From Desulfobacca sp. (GTDB taxonomy: Bacteria; Desulfobacterota; Desulfobaccia; Desulfobaccales; Desulfobaccaceae), in NCBI GenBank assembly GCA_028695935.1, contig JAQVHY010000001.1:1-62962 (forward strand): a stretch of 62,962 nt of DNA, read 5' to 3'. Under the pieces are notes generated by a model. It had not been told where the DNA came from. It saw only the letters and a list, made by a program, of their open reading frames with translations, and did not search any database. A program made the translations under genes and the position numbers. Shown here piece by piece: positions 1-9,164 of the stretch; position 1 is the stretch's first letter, and each line of letters opens with the position of its first letter.

Positions 1-23
1 AATTCATAAAATCCCGCAATAAA

Positions 24-56
24 CCCCTCACTAATTAAAAGAGGGGTTTTCTTTTT
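24..56 (+). terminator. Rho-independent terminator-like hairpin (CCCCTC / GAGGGG) followed by TTTTCTTTTT
   Basis: The inverted repeat 24-29 / 41-46 and the T-run 47-56 are read directly. It probably ends a + strand gene lying left of the window. Confidence 0.45.
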
Positions 57-78
57 CAAGATAACCCCTTAAAATTAT

Positions 79-154
79 TGGTGGAGATGAGGAGATTCGA
101 ACTCCCGACCTCTTGCATGCGAAGCAAGCGCTCTCCCAGCTGAGCTACATCCCC
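79..154 (-). tRNA. tRNA-Ala (anticodon CGC), CCA encoded
   Basis: The reverse complement reads GGGGATGTAGCTCAGCTGGGAGAGCGCTTGCTTCGCATGCAAGAGGTCGGGAGTTCGAATCTCCTCATCTCCACCA. It has a 7-bp acceptor stem with the G3:U70 alanine identity pair, anticodon loop TTCGCAT, a GTTCGAATC T-loop, and is 76 nt long. Confidence 0.93.
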
Positions 155-205
155 AAGTGTGTTTCTATTCTATTTGCTAAAATCGAGCATGTCAATAGCC
201 CGGTT

Positions 206-877
206 CTAACAATCCACCCAACGCACCAGTTTATCTACCGGTTCCCGACTGGTACGGAATTCATTAATTTTGGCCTTGTCATCTGGGTAGCCCAGGGCAA
301 TGCCCACCACGATCTTTTGGGTGGTGGGGATCTCCAAGTATTTGCGAATCAGGTCAGGATAGAGGGCCAATTGAGCCTCAATACAGGTTCCCAAATCCAG
401 GGCATAGGCCGCCAGACAAAGGCCATGGATCATCGCCCCCATATCCAACATAGCATAAGGAAGGCTGAAATCGCCGCTGAAAGTCACATAGATGATGTTA
501 GGAGCGGCGAAGGCCCGGGTCATATTGAGCATATGCTCCTGGCGGGCCGTCTTGTTTTCCCGAGCGATGCCCATTAGCTCAAAAAGCTCTTTGGCGACGG
601 TCAGATAGCGGTTTTGGGCGATTTCCGGAAAGGCTCCTGGCATGGGTATATCCGGGTTGGGAGGGACCTTTTGAGCCACGGCCTCGGCAAAGTCGGCGGT
701 TAATTGTTTGACCGTCTGTCCACCCACGACCACCAACTCCCAGGGCTGGGTATTGCCCCAGGAGGGGGCCCAACGGGCCGCGTCAATCAATTCCAGCAAG
801 GTCTCCCGGGGAACCGGGTCGGCTTTGAAGCCTCGGATACTACGCCGTTTTTTCAGGGCTTTTAAAACCTTGTGCAT
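206..877 (-). CDS. Nitroreductase family protein (FMN-dependent)
   Basis: The N-terminus KRRSIRGF...VPRETLLELIDAARWAPSWGNTQPWELVVV is the classic nitroreductase signature. The ORF is 223 aa. Confidence 0.85.
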   Translation of the reverse strand: MHKVLKALKKRRSIRGFKADPVPRETLLELIDAARWAPSWGNTQPWELVVVGGQTVKQLTADFAEAVAQKVPPNPDIPMPGAFPEIAQNRYLTVAKELFELMGIARENKTARQEHMLNMTRAFAAPNIIYVTFSGDFSLPYAMLDMGAMIHGLCLAAYALDLGTCIEAQLALYPDLIRKYLEIPTTQKIVVGIALGYPDDKAKINEFRTSREPVDKLVRWVDC

Positions 878-1110
878 GTCTTTCCCTCCTTAAACCCATG
901 GCAATCTGATCGCCATTTGCAGATTTAGGATTAAATTCATGTCCCTCAAGATCTGAAATGGTTTAGCGGCCAGGATATGTTTGCCAATTGCACTAAGGCC
1001 CTCCAGTCTTACTAGGCCGGGAGGGCGTTGCCAAAATCCTTAATCTTGGTTATAAATAATCCTCAATAACGCATTGTGTCAAATAAATTTCTGAGGAATA
1101 GGGAAACGCG

Positions 1111-2142
1111 ATGGAAACCGCTGAGGCGTGGCGCGGCACTTGGCAGGTAGCGGCCTTCCCCTTGGTAATCGGCTGGCAAGCGGAATATTGGTCGTTGCCG
1201 CTGTTCTTTCCGGACCTGCTAGTGGGTCATCTGGAAGGGCAACCGGACAATACTGGTTTGCAATCCTTACCCTTACCGCCCGTCGATAAGAGCCTGGCCT
1301 TTGACTGGCGGAATTACCGTCCGGGGGAATTACTGCAATGGAAAGCCTATCTGGAGTTTAAGGCCTCGGAAGAAGAGCAGGAGGACACCAATGACCTCAT
1401 CCGAGCCATCAAGGGAAGGCCCGAACCGCCCCCTGCTCTCCCGACCCTGCCGCCGGAAGCTGGTTTCCCCCAACTTCCGGAGACCTCGATGATCTGGACC
1501 CTGGCCTGGCAACTGGAAAGCATGTGGGCCGAACAGGAGGCCAGGCTGCTGGTGTTGCAAGACCAGCAATCTGAGCTCGACACCTGGTTGGCGCCCGAGC
1601 CTTGGGAAGAGACCCCGGCTTTCCGGCCGCCGCCGGATCATGATCCACTCTTGACTCCTGCCGCGCCGCCGGATCCGGAACTGGCCCTACTGCGCTTTTA
1701 TTTCTGGCGAGCCATTCTGGGACCTCAGCTCTCCCCACCCTGGGTGCCGTTAGTCTTATCGTCTCCAGGCTTTTCGGGTCTGCGCGGGGAAGGACCGGAA
1801 CCGGCCTCAGTACGCCTAACCTTGCCAGGGTGTCAGGACCGGGAAGGTTTGGAACAGGCTCGCAATCGGCTGTCGGCCGCGGGATTAGAGGGCCGGTTGT
1901 CCCAGGGGCTGGCCAAGGTTTTGGATGCCCTGGCCACCTCCCCCACTGAGATCGAGCCAGCTCAGCAGGAATTGCAAGGGGTCGTCGCAAAACAACTAGG
2001 ACCGGCGCTGCGGTTGGATACTCCTCAGCCCCTGATCACCCTAGAAATTTGTCCGACCATAAAAGCCCATCCGGAGCTGTCGGATGACCTAAAAGAGATT
2101 TTTCCTGGCCCGATGTTATATTGGCGGTCCAAAGGCAGCTAA
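1111..2142 (+). CDS. Hypothetical protein, Pro/Trp-rich, no recognised family
   Basis: The 343-aa ORF is the longest frame in this region. It is followed 37 nt later by the next + gene. No motif was recognised. Confidence 0.55.
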   Translation: METAEAWRGTWQVAAFPLVIGWQAEYWSLPLFFPDLLVGHLEGQPDNTGLQSLPLPPVDKSLAFDWRNYRPGELLQWKAYLEFKASEEEQEDTNDLIRAIKGRPEPPPALPTLPPEAGFPQLPETSMIWTLAWQLESMWAEQEARLLVLQDQQSELDTWLAPEPWEETPAFRPPPDHDPLLTPAAPPDPELALLRFYFWRAILGPQLSPPWVPLVLSSPGFSGLRGEGPEPASVRLTLPGCQDREGLEQARNRLSAAGLEGRLSQGLAKVLDALATSPTEIEPAQQELQGVVAKQLGPALRLDTPQPLITLEICPTIKAHPELSDDLKEIFPGPMLYWRSKGS

Positions 2143-2179
2143 TCACCTTTATCAGTATTCGGTTAAAGAGGTCCCGGTC

Positions 2180-3214
2180 ATGACGTCGCCTCTCATCCCC
2201 GGCGATTTGCACACCACCGCCATGGCGATTCTGCCCCATAATGAGGTGGCTGAGGCCTTGAACCTGGCCTTGTCGCTGGACATCCCCTTCTGGCCGCAAC
2301 TCCCTCACGTCAGCTACTACGAAGATATGTATGTCCAGGCGGCCGAGCATTTTCCGGGCATCATCCTGTTGCCGGAAAGCAATAGCATCCGCTTTGATAC
2401 CGCCAAGTTCTACGCGGAATTACCGGAGATGCTGGCCCATTGGGAGGAGCCGGACTATTTCGACATTTCTCCGACCCATTCCGTGGTCTATCATCGTTTT
2501 TTGAGCCTGGATCTAAGCGGCTATATCGCCATCCGGGGGCAGTTGGAGGGGCCGGTCAGTTTTGGCATGAAAATCCTGGACGAAAACGATCGGCCGCTGA
2601 TTTTTAATGATGAAGTCCGGTCAATATTGATGGATTTCATGGCGCGGCGGGTGCAGGTGCAACTCCAACGTCTCAAAGCCAAGCATCCCCGGGCCTTTAT
2701 GTTTATCGACGAACCCGGTCTGCAATTTGTCTTTAGCTCGGTTTCGGGTTATACTGACACCAAAGCCCGTGAGGATCTGGACCGCTTCCTGGCCCAGATT
2801 GACCATCCCCGCGGTATTCACCTGTGCGGTAACCCCGACTGGGAATTTCTGCTGAAACGTGATCTCGACATCCTGTCCATGGACATCTACACCAATGCCG
2901 AGATTTTTCGCTGCTATGGCCCCGACATCCGCCGCTTTGTGGAGCGGGGCGCGGTCCTCAGTTGGGGCATCGTGCCTACCGGCTTCGAGGCCTTTAACCA
3001 GGAATCCCAGGATCACCTGATCAGCACCCTGGAAGATATCTGGACCACCCTAGCTCAGGCCGGCATCGAGCGGGAGCAATTGTTGGCTCAGAGTCTATTA
3101 GCCCCGGCTACTTGCTGCCTGATCAATCCGGATCGGGAAAAGACGGTCGCCCAGGCCTATGCCTGGCTGCAAGAATTATCTTACCGGTTGCGAGATAAGT
3201 ACTCTTTACAATGA
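2180..3214 (+). CDS. Hypothetical protein, possibly of the URO-D/CIMS (MetE C-terminal domain-like) TIM-barrel superfamily
   Basis: The 344-aa ORF has the motifs GQLEGPVSFG, FIDEPGL and IHLCGN. These resemble the GPVT / IDEPA / H-x-C pattern of cobalamin-independent methionine-synthase-like proteins. The assignment is tentative. Confidence 0.45.
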   Translation: MTSPLIPGDLHTTAMAILPHNEVAEALNLALSLDIPFWPQLPHVSYYEDMYVQAAEHFPGIILLPESNSIRFDTAKFYAELPEMLAHWEEPDYFDISPTHSVVYHRFLSLDLSGYIAIRGQLEGPVSFGMKILDENDRPLIFNDEVRSILMDFMARRVQVQLQRLKAKHPRAFMFIDEPGLQFVFSSVSGYTDTKAREDLDRFLAQIDHPRGIHLCGNPDWEFLLKRDLDILSMDIYTNAEIFRCYGPDIRRFVERGAVLSWGIVPTGFEAFNQESQDHLISTLEDIWTTLAQAGIEREQLLAQSLLAPATCCLINPDREKTVAQAYAWLQELSYRLRDKYSLQ

Positions 3215-3265
3215 TTATCGGGAGATCTATTTTTTGATAAAAATCTGCAGAAAGGGAGGTCAATC

Positions 3266-3940
3266 ATGAGGGCTAGTAATTTACTCTGGATAACCGGGCT
3301 GGTTATGCTCCTGGTCCTGGCCAACGTTAACGCTTGGGGGGCCGAGATTAAGCCTTACGAGCCTCAGGACTTCAGCCGCTTGAAAGGCATGAAGGGTTTT
3401 AGCGACCAATTGTTACAGCAACATTTCACCCTGTATGAGGGCTATGTCAAAAACACCAACCTGCTGCTCACCCAAATGACGCAGATGGCCCAACAGAATC
3501 AGATGACAACCCCGCAATATGCGGAGCTGAAACGCCGGTTCAGTTGGGAATTCAACGGCATGCGACTCCATGAACTCTATTTCAGTAATCTGGGCGGCAA
3601 TGGCCAGATCAACAAGGAAGGCAAGCTCTATAAAAGCCTGGAGGCCAATTTCGGTAGTTACGACCGTTGGCTGGCGGATTTCAAGGCCATGGGCGGTATG
3701 CGGGGCATCGGTTGGGTGGTGCTCTACGAGGATTTAAAGACCGGTCGGTTGATGAACGTCTGGATCAATGAACACAACGAGGGCAATCTGGCCGGCTGTG
3801 TCGCCCTGCTGGTGATGGATGTTTTCGAACACGCCTTCTTAACCGACTATGGATTGAAGAAAGCCGATTACCTGGAGGCGTTCTTTCAGAACCTGGACTG
3901 GCCCGCGGTCGAAGCCCGGTATCACGCCCACCATAATTAA
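3266..3940 (+). CDS. Fe/Mn-family superoxide dismutase with N-terminal signal peptide (predicted periplasmic)
   Basis: The signal peptide is MRASNLLWITGLVMLLVLANVNAWG. SOD motifs are QQHFTLYEGYVKNTN, LHELYFSNLGG, GWVVLY and MDVFEHAFLTDYG (D-x-[WF]-EHA[YF]). An AGGGAGG SD lies upstream. Confidence 0.85.
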   Translation: MRASNLLWITGLVMLLVLANVNAWGAEIKPYEPQDFSRLKGMKGFSDQLLQQHFTLYEGYVKNTNLLLTQMTQMAQQNQMTTPQYAELKRRFSWEFNGMRLHELYFSNLGGNGQINKEGKLYKSLEANFGSYDRWLADFKAMGGMRGIGWVVLYEDLKTGRLMNVWINEHNEGNLAGCVALLVMDVFEHAFLTDYGLKKADYLEAFFQNLDWPAVEARYHAHHN

Positions 3941-4125
3941 TCAAACCTTTCCCGGTGGCACAGGCAACTGGCCTGTGCCGGGGAACAGGTGAGCAGCGAA
4001 TGCCATCATTTCTTAACCATTGGCCAAGCCCGCGCCGGGAAGCTTGACAATTAAGGACTAATCATTTAAAATTCCTCAACATATTGTGGATCGGAACTTA
4101 GCCTGGGCCCTTTAAGGAGAGCGCC

Positions 4126-4728
4126 ATGAAAGTTTTGGGAATCTGGGGCAGTCCGCGACGCGGTGGCAATACGGAAATTCTGTTGGATGCTTTTTTAACC
4201 GGCGCCGCTCAAGGCGGGGCAGAAGTCGAGAAGATATCCCTGACCAAAGTTAAGATTTCCCCCTGTATGGAAATTTATCATTGCATTAAAGATGGCACCT
4301 GTCCGATCAAAGATGATATGCTGGAGCTTTATCCCAAGCTGTTGGCGGCCGACGTGGTGGCTCTGGCCTCTCCGGTCTTTTTTTACGGCTTGACGGCTCA
4401 GGCCAAGGCGTTGGTTGATCGGACCCAGGCCCTCTGGGCCCGGCGCTATGTTCTTAAGCAAGACTTTCCCGGGCCTCAGCGCCAGGGGGTCTTGTTGTGT
4501 ATCGGCGCCACCCAGGGCAAACATGTCTTTGTCGGCTGTCGGCTGACGGCGCGCTATTTTTTTGATGCCATCAACGTGGTTTATGCGGCTGAAATTCTGG
4601 TCCGGGGGGTGGACGAAAAGGGCGCTATTTTGCAAAAACCTGAGATTTTAGCCGAATCCGAAGTTTTGGGGCGGCGCCTCGGGCAGGGCGAGACCGTAGG
4701 GCCGGTAAAGCTGTTCCCGCTGGCCTAA
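4126..4728 (+). CDS. Flavodoxin-like NAD(P)H-dependent FMN reductase / iron-sulfur flavoprotein (Isf)-like
   Basis: The N-terminus MKVLGIWGSPRRGGNTE is followed by a Cys cluster (C-x5-C-x5-C) and DDM, which is typical of the Isf/NADPH-FMN reductase family. An AAGGAGA SD is present. Confidence 0.75.
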   Translation: MKVLGIWGSPRRGGNTEILLDAFLTGAAQGGAEVEKISLTKVKISPCMEIYHCIKDGTCPIKDDMLELYPKLLAADVVALASPVFFYGLTAQAKALVDRTQALWARRYVLKQDFPGPQRQGVLLCIGATQGKHVFVGCRLTARYFFDAINVVYAAEILVRGVDEKGAILQKPEILAESEVLGRRLGQGETVGPVKLFPLA

Positions 4729-4767
4729 TTGTTCCCATTGACTGAACCTGCATTACGGAGGACACTG

Positions 4768-5178
4768 ATGGAATCTCCTTTTACCGTGGGCATGACCAAC
4801 GAAATGCGGCTCAAGACGGGGCCGGGGCACTCGGCTCGGAAATTCTTTCCGCAATTGCCCGATGCCTTTGCTACTCCTTATCTGGTGGGGCTGATGGAAG
4901 GGGTCAGTGCCGAACTGATGGCCAAACATTTGCAACCCGGAGAGCAGTCGGTAGGCATCGCCATGAATCTCAAGCACCTGGCTCCGACCCCCTTAGGCAT
5001 GGAGGTCCGGGCGGTAACCGAAATCACTCAGGTTGAGGGCCGCAAACTGACCTTTAAGCTGGAGGTCTTTGACGAACAGGAAAAGATCGGCGAAGCTAGC
5101 CACGAACGCTTCATTATCAACGCCGAGAAATTCCAGCAAAAGATCGCGGCCAAGGCGGCTTCTGGTCAGCCAGGCTGA
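4768..5178 (+). CDS. Hotdog-fold thioesterase (FlK/YiiD C-terminal-like family)
   Basis: ATPYLVGLMEGVSAELM...GIAMNLKHLAPTPLG...KLTFKLEVFDE..GEASHERFII is the hotdog thioesterase pattern. I prefer the ATG at 4768 (ACGGAGGA SD 7 nt upstream) over the TTG at 4729 used by the ORF track. Confidence 0.7.
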   Translation: MESPFTVGMTNEMRLKTGPGHSARKFFPQLPDAFATPYLVGLMEGVSAELMAKHLQPGEQSVGIAMNLKHLAPTPLGMEVRAVTEITQVEGRKLTFKLEVFDEQEKIGEASHERFIINAEKFQQKIAAKAASGQPG

Positions 5179-5957
5179 TGTCCAAAGATTTTCCTTATGA
5201 TTTAGTAACCTTGCGGGATTTTGAAAGCGGCTGGGGCTGGGATGCTCAGCTTCGGGGCCTGATCCGCCAAAAGTATCGCCGGGATCTGGAAGGATTGAGC
5301 CATTTGGACCCCCAGCTCTTAGCCCGCAGCTTGCGGGCCGAGGTGCTGCCCGAGCAGCCCTATGCCAGCGTTAAATGGTTTATCCGCCTCTGCCCTTTCC
5401 GGCCCCTGGAGCTTTATTTTCAATATGACTGGGACGAGGAATTCGGTACTGATCTGCGGATCTTTTATGCCCGTAAAAGTTTGACCGTGCCCACCGAAGA
5501 TGCCTTTGTGTTTGGTTGGGATTTTTTGGGCTTATTGGCTCGCTATGGCCGGGGGACCTATCTTCCTGATGGGCTCGGCCCCGGCTCTGGTTGGCTGCCG
5601 TTTGAGGCCATCGAGGCCCGGGCCGGCGGCGCACTAAAGGACTGGGCCTTGGGGCCGCGGCTGGAAGTGCTGCCGCTGATCTCCGCGGCGGTCGCCCAGG
5701 TCGCCATGTTGCGCCTGGATTGCGGCACCTGGGTGGAAACTGCCGGCGGCTGGCTCGCCACCTGGCCGGTATTGCAAGATCTTAGCCTCCACCTGCGGGT
5801 GGCGCCCCCCGAGCTCCAGGTTGCTTTTGACGATCGGGGCGGGAGCAAGTACACCCCGGAATTTCTCTTGAGCTTTGCCTGGCTGTACATCAACGCCCTG
5901 ATTCGCCAGGCCCGGCAGGTGGATCCCAGTTTACCGCGCTTGTCGCGTTACTTTTAA
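5178..5957 (+). CDS. Hypothetical protein (259 aa)
   Basis: Its start overlaps the stop of the thioesterase gene (CTGATG), which suggests translational coupling. No family was recognised. Confidence 0.6.
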   Translation: MSKDFPYDLVTLRDFESGWGWDAQLRGLIRQKYRRDLEGLSHLDPQLLARSLRAEVLPEQPYASVKWFIRLCPFRPLELYFQYDWDEEFGTDLRIFYARKSLTVPTEDAFVFGWDFLGLLARYGRGTYLPDGLGPGSGWLPFEAIEARAGGALKDWALGPRLEVLPLISAAVAQVAMLRLDCGTWVETAGGWLATWPVLQDLSLHLRVAPPELQVAFDDRGGSKYTPEFLLSFAWLYINALIRQARQVDPSLPRLSRYF

Positions 5958-5969
5958 GGGGTCGAAATC

Positions 5970-6164
5970 ATGAAATGTGTTTACTGTGGGGCCGACGAGG
6001 TTACGGTCCGCACCCTCTGACAGGGCGGCCTGGAGGTGCGCTGCCAGGTGTGCGGCCATGAATATTCCCCCCAAGAAATTCGGCAACTCCTCAAAGGCAA
6101 AGGCCGACGGGAGAAAATTGCCGACTCTCCGCCCTCGGCTCCTAAATGCAGTATAACCTCTTGA
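5970..6164 (+). CDS. Small zinc-ribbon ORF (CxxC-N17-CxxC) interrupted by an in-frame TGA at codon 17 (6018-6020)
   Basis: ATG at 5970 lies 12 nt after the previous stop, with AAGGGG upstream. The translation is MKCVYCGADEVTVRTL-TGA-QGGLEVRCQVCGHEYSPQEIRQLLKGKGRREKIADSPPSAPKCSITS. The second CxxC stays in frame after the TGA. The ORF is absent from the supplied track because of that stop. Confidence 0.4.
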
Positions 6165-6360
6165 GGTGATTATTTAGGGGAAACATGATATCATGGTTTT
6201 TAGTTTTAAATGGAAAGCAGAACTGCGGTTGCATGCCATAACCCTAGTAGAGGCAGCTTCTGAAATTGTTTCTTTGAGAAGTTTACCGCTCACTAACCCC
6301 TTAAAACTAATTGAAGTTTAAGTTAAATAAAGTATGATCCGATGATCAAGGAGGCAGCCG

Positions 6361-6573
6361 GTGGCCAGAGTAACCATTGAAGATTGTTTAGATAAATTAC
6401 CTAACCGTTTTGCCCTGGTGCATTTAGGGGCGCAGCGGGTGCGACAACTTTACCATGGGGCGCCGCTGTTGATTAAAGGCCGCCATAATAAAGAAATTGT
6501 GATGGCCCTGCGGGAAATTGCCGCCGGGAAGGTGATTCTGACCGAGCCGCCCAAGGCGCTGCCGGAAAAATGA
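6361..6573 (+). CDS. rpoZ: DNA-directed RNA polymerase subunit omega
   Basis: (M)[29 protein letters not shown] is the canonical RpoZ N-terminus. The start is GTG with an AAGGAGG SD. Confidence 0.9.
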   Translation: MARVTIEDCLDKLPNRFALVHLGAQRVRQLYHGAPLLIKGRHNKEIVMALREIAAGKVILTEPPKALPEK

Positions 6574-6721
6574 GCTAAAGATTGGCCCCAGGACCAAAGT
6601 TAAGGTGATTTTAACTCATTTCCTCAACACCCCCAGGGCCGCGGCTAACCCCGGCCGGCTCCGGTGTTCGGGAGGAGTAACGCGATAATTTTACCGCGCT
6701 GCTGATCCGGGGAGTGAACTG

Positions 6722-7708
6722 ATGCCGGCCAATTTACCCCCCCAGTATTTTGAGGCGGAAAAGCGCTACCGGGAGTCCAGGACTACCAGCGACAAGCTCA
6801 AGTGCTTGGAAGAAATGCTCACCATTATGCCCAAGCACAAGGGCACGGATAAACTCCGGGCTGATCTGCGCCGGCGCATTTCCAAGCTCAAAGACCTGGG
6901 CCAGGCTCGCAAAGGCCCGGGCCGCCGGACCCCGGTCTATCTCCTGGAAAAAGAGGGGGCCGGGCAGATTGCCCTGATCGGACCGCCCAATACCGGCAAG
7001 TCCTCTCTGTTGGCCGCCCTGACCAACGCCCAGCCCCTGATTGCCGACTACCCCTTCAGCACCCGCATCCCCCTAGCGGGCATGATGACTTACGAAAACG
7101 TCCAGATTCAATTAATTGATACCCCACCTTTAAGTTCCGACTTCCTGGAACCCTGGTATCCCGATCTGTTGCGTCGGGCCGATGCCTGGGTCTTGGTGCT
7201 CAGCCTGGCCGACGATGAGGTCTTGGAGCAGATCGAGCAGGCCGAAGCCATCCTGGCGCCGTTTAAGTTGGGGCTGCAAGGTAAGGCTGAGGACCCTCAT
7301 AATGCTGAATTTCGGGGCAGACCGACCATGGTGAGCCTCAACAAAGTGGATCAGGCACTGGACCAAGAGGACGTGGCACTGGCCCAGGAAATTATCCAGG
7401 AGCGGTTTGTCACCCTGGCGGTATCGGCCCGGAAGCGTCAGGGGCTGGCTGAACTAAAGGCCGCCATCTTTAACATCCTAAAGCTAGTGCGGGTCTATAC
7501 CCGGGCGCCGGGGCGGGCGGTTAATTTCGAGGCGCCTTTTGTCCTGCCGGTCAACACCACGGTCCAGGAATTGGCCTCTCGCATTCATAAGGAGTTTACT
7601 CAAAAATTCAAATACGCCCGGGTCTGGGGGCGAGAGACCTTTGAAGGTCAGCGGGTCCAGCGCGACTATGTCCTGAATGACGGCGATATCGTGGAATTAC
7701 ACCTTTGA
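6722..7708 (+). CDS. Obg-like GTPase of the DRG/Rbg type with C-terminal TGS domain
   Basis: There is an N-terminal helical region, the G1 motif GPPNTGKSS, DTPP (G3), NKVD (G4), and a C-terminal TGS-like segment (ARVWG....GQRVQRDYVLNDGDIVELH). Confidence 0.8.
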   Translation: MPANLPPQYFEAEKRYRESRTTSDKLKCLEEMLTIMPKHKGTDKLRADLRRRISKLKDLGQARKGPGRRTPVYLLEKEGAGQIALIGPPNTGKSSLLAALTNAQPLIADYPFSTRIPLAGMMTYENVQIQLIDTPPLSSDFLEPWYPDLLRRADAWVLVLSLADDEVLEQIEQAEAILAPFKLGLQGKAEDPHNAEFRGRPTMVSLNKVDQALDQEDVALAQEIIQERFVTLAVSARKRQGLAELKAAIFNILKLVRVYTRAPGRAVNFEAPFVLPVNTTVQELASRIHKEFTQKFKYARVWGRETFEGQRVQRDYVLNDGDIVELHL

Positions 7709-7726
7709 TCCGAAGCGCGGGATTAT

Positions 7727-7808
7727 CATTAGATGGCCATCAGAGGGATATTTTCGGTAGGGGCTTGATTTATCAAGCCCTTGCAGGCGCTATTCATTGC
7801 GCCCTACC
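7727..7808 (-). repeat. Double-hairpin interspersed repeat, copy 1 of 3 (reverse orientation)
   Basis: The reverse complement GGTAGGGCGCAATGAATAGCGCC..GGGCTTGATAAATCAAGCCCCTACCGAAAATATCCCTCTGATGG aligns with the copies at 26894-26975 and 33648-33725. Confidence 0.8.
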
Positions 7809-7889
7809 GTTAGGGGGAATATTTTCCTGAAAGCAACTGGGCACAACGCCGCGATTAAATATCTAGCGGGAAAAATCGTTGGGCTTGGG

Positions 7890-7992
7890 CTTATACCAAG
7901 TTTGTATTTAAATGCAACCAACTCATTACATAACATATTGATTAAATAATTTATATTAACAGAAAACAGGAAACCGAAAACCGAAAACGGTA
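7890..7992 (-). repeat. Heptamer-array element, copy C (reverse orientation), immediately downstream of the pdxJ stop
   Basis: The reverse complement has five tandem heptamers (CCGTTTT CGGTTTT CGGTTTC CTGTTTT CTGTTAA). About 70 nt later it ends in GCATTTAAATACAAACTTGGTATAAG. It aligns with 17804-17916 and 29476-29580. Confidence 0.8.
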
Positions 7993-8709
7993 TTATTGGT
8001 TGATCAGGGCCGCCATCTCGCGCACCGCCCGCTCGATGCCGACCAGCACCGCCCGGGCAATGATGCTGTGGCCGATGCTGTATTCGGCAAACTCCGTCCG
8101 GCCTTGAAATCGTTTGATATTGCGATAGTTGAGGCCATGCCCGGCCTTGACCTTGAGTCCCAACTGCTGGGCCTGACGGGCCGCAGTCAGTAATTCTTGA
8201 AACCGGGATTCGGCCTCGGCTTCCGTATTGGCTTCGGCGTAGGTGCCGGTATGCAGTTCGACGCAATCGGCGCCGACCGCTTTCGCCGCTTCAATCTGGG
8301 CGGCTTTGGGATCTACGAACAGGCTGACATAAATTTCTGCCGATTTCAATTCCTTGATATAGTCTTTCAGGGGAGCTTTATAGCGGGCCACATCCAGACC
8401 GCCTTCAGTGGTCAGTTCCTGGCGCTTTTCCGGCACTAAGGTAACCAGATCGGGTTTAACGTCAATAGCAATGGCAATGATCTCTGGAGTCGCGGCCATC
8501 TCCAGGTTGAGGCGCGTCTTGACCGTCTGGCGCAGCAGGCGTAAATCGCGATCCTGGATATGGCGGCGGTCTTCTCGCAAATGGACAATAATCCCGTCGG
8601 CCCCGGCCAGCTCGGCCAGAGCCGCGGCGGTGACCGGGTCAGGTTCGTCAATCAGGCGGGCTTGACGCAAGGTGGCGATATGATCGACATTCACTTCTAG
8701 TTGGGGCAT
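7993..8709 (-). CDS. pdxJ: Pyridoxine 5'-phosphate synthase
   Basis: [18 protein letters not shown]...HLREDRRHI...ELHTG.YA...GHGLNY are canonical PdxJ motifs. Confidence 0.92.
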   Translation of the reverse strand: MPQLEVNVDHIATLRQARLIDEPDPVTAAALAELAGADGIIVHLREDRRHIQDRDLRLLRQTVKTRLNLEMAATPEIIAIAIDVKPDLVTLVPEKRQELTTEGGLDVARYKAPLKDYIKELKSAEIYVSLFVDPKAAQIEAAKAVGADCVELHTGTYAEANTEAEAESRFQELLTAARQAQQLGLKVKAGHGLNYRNIKRFQGRTEFAEYSIGHSIIARAVLVGIERAVREMAALINQ

Positions 8710-9164
8710 AGCGCTTCCTCCTTCAGGTGGGGATGAATCAGACTGAGCAGTTCCCGGGTTTTATCGGCCATTCGGGCCGCCTCCGCCTCGCTGGCCTCGT
8801 GATCATAACCTACCAGATGTAAAATGCCATGGATCAGATAAAGGTCGAACAATTCTTCAAAAGTCCAGTCGCATTGCTGGGCCTGACGCTTAGTGGTTTC
8901 CAAAGAAATGACCACATCTCCTAACATTTGGGACTTAAGAGCCGCAAAGGGTCCACCCTGGAGCGGGAAGGCAATAACATTGGTAGGGCCAGGGCGTTGG
9001 AAAGTAGCGCGATTAAGGCGGGCCATAGCCGGATCATTGATTAGGGTCAGACCAAATTCGGCCTCAGGAAATCCCAAGGCGTTTAAGATCTTCACGACCT
9101 TTTTCCTGATTGCCGTTGGGTTTATGGAGATCTTTCTTTGCCGGTTGTTTATCCAGATCTTCAT
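8697..9164 (-). CDS. ybeY: rRNA maturation endoribonuclease YbeY
   Basis: The zinc motif [11 protein letters not shown] is present, the ORF is 155 aa, and it sits in the conserved phoH / HD-protein / ybeY order. Confidence 0.9.
   Translation of the reverse strand: MKIWINNRQRKISINPTAIRKKVVKILNALGFPEAEFGLTLINDPAMARLNRATFQRPGPTNVIAFPLQGGPFAALKSQMLGDVVISLETTKRQAQQCDWTFEELFDLYLIHGILHLVGYDHEASEAEAARMADKTRELLSLIHPHLKEEALCPN

Noticed and set aside
1330-1990. Several overlapping ORFs (63-193 aa) on both strands inside 1111..2142
   Set aside because: They are shadow frames of a GC-rich gene. All are shorter than the 343-aa frame, Arg/Pro/Gly-rich, and lack SD sequences.
3951-3983. TGGCAC motif after the SOD gene as a sigma-54 promoter
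   Set aside because: No GC element occurs at the -12 spacing (TGGCAC-AGGCA-ACTGG). The motif is the left arm of a hairpin (GGCACAGGC / GCCTGTGCC) just downstream of the SOD stop, so it is more likely a terminator or stabiliser stem.
7790-8266. 158-aa minus-strand ORF overlapping pdxJ and two repeat elements
   Set aside because: It is out of frame with the clearly recognisable pdxJ, and its C-terminal part is translated repeat DNA.
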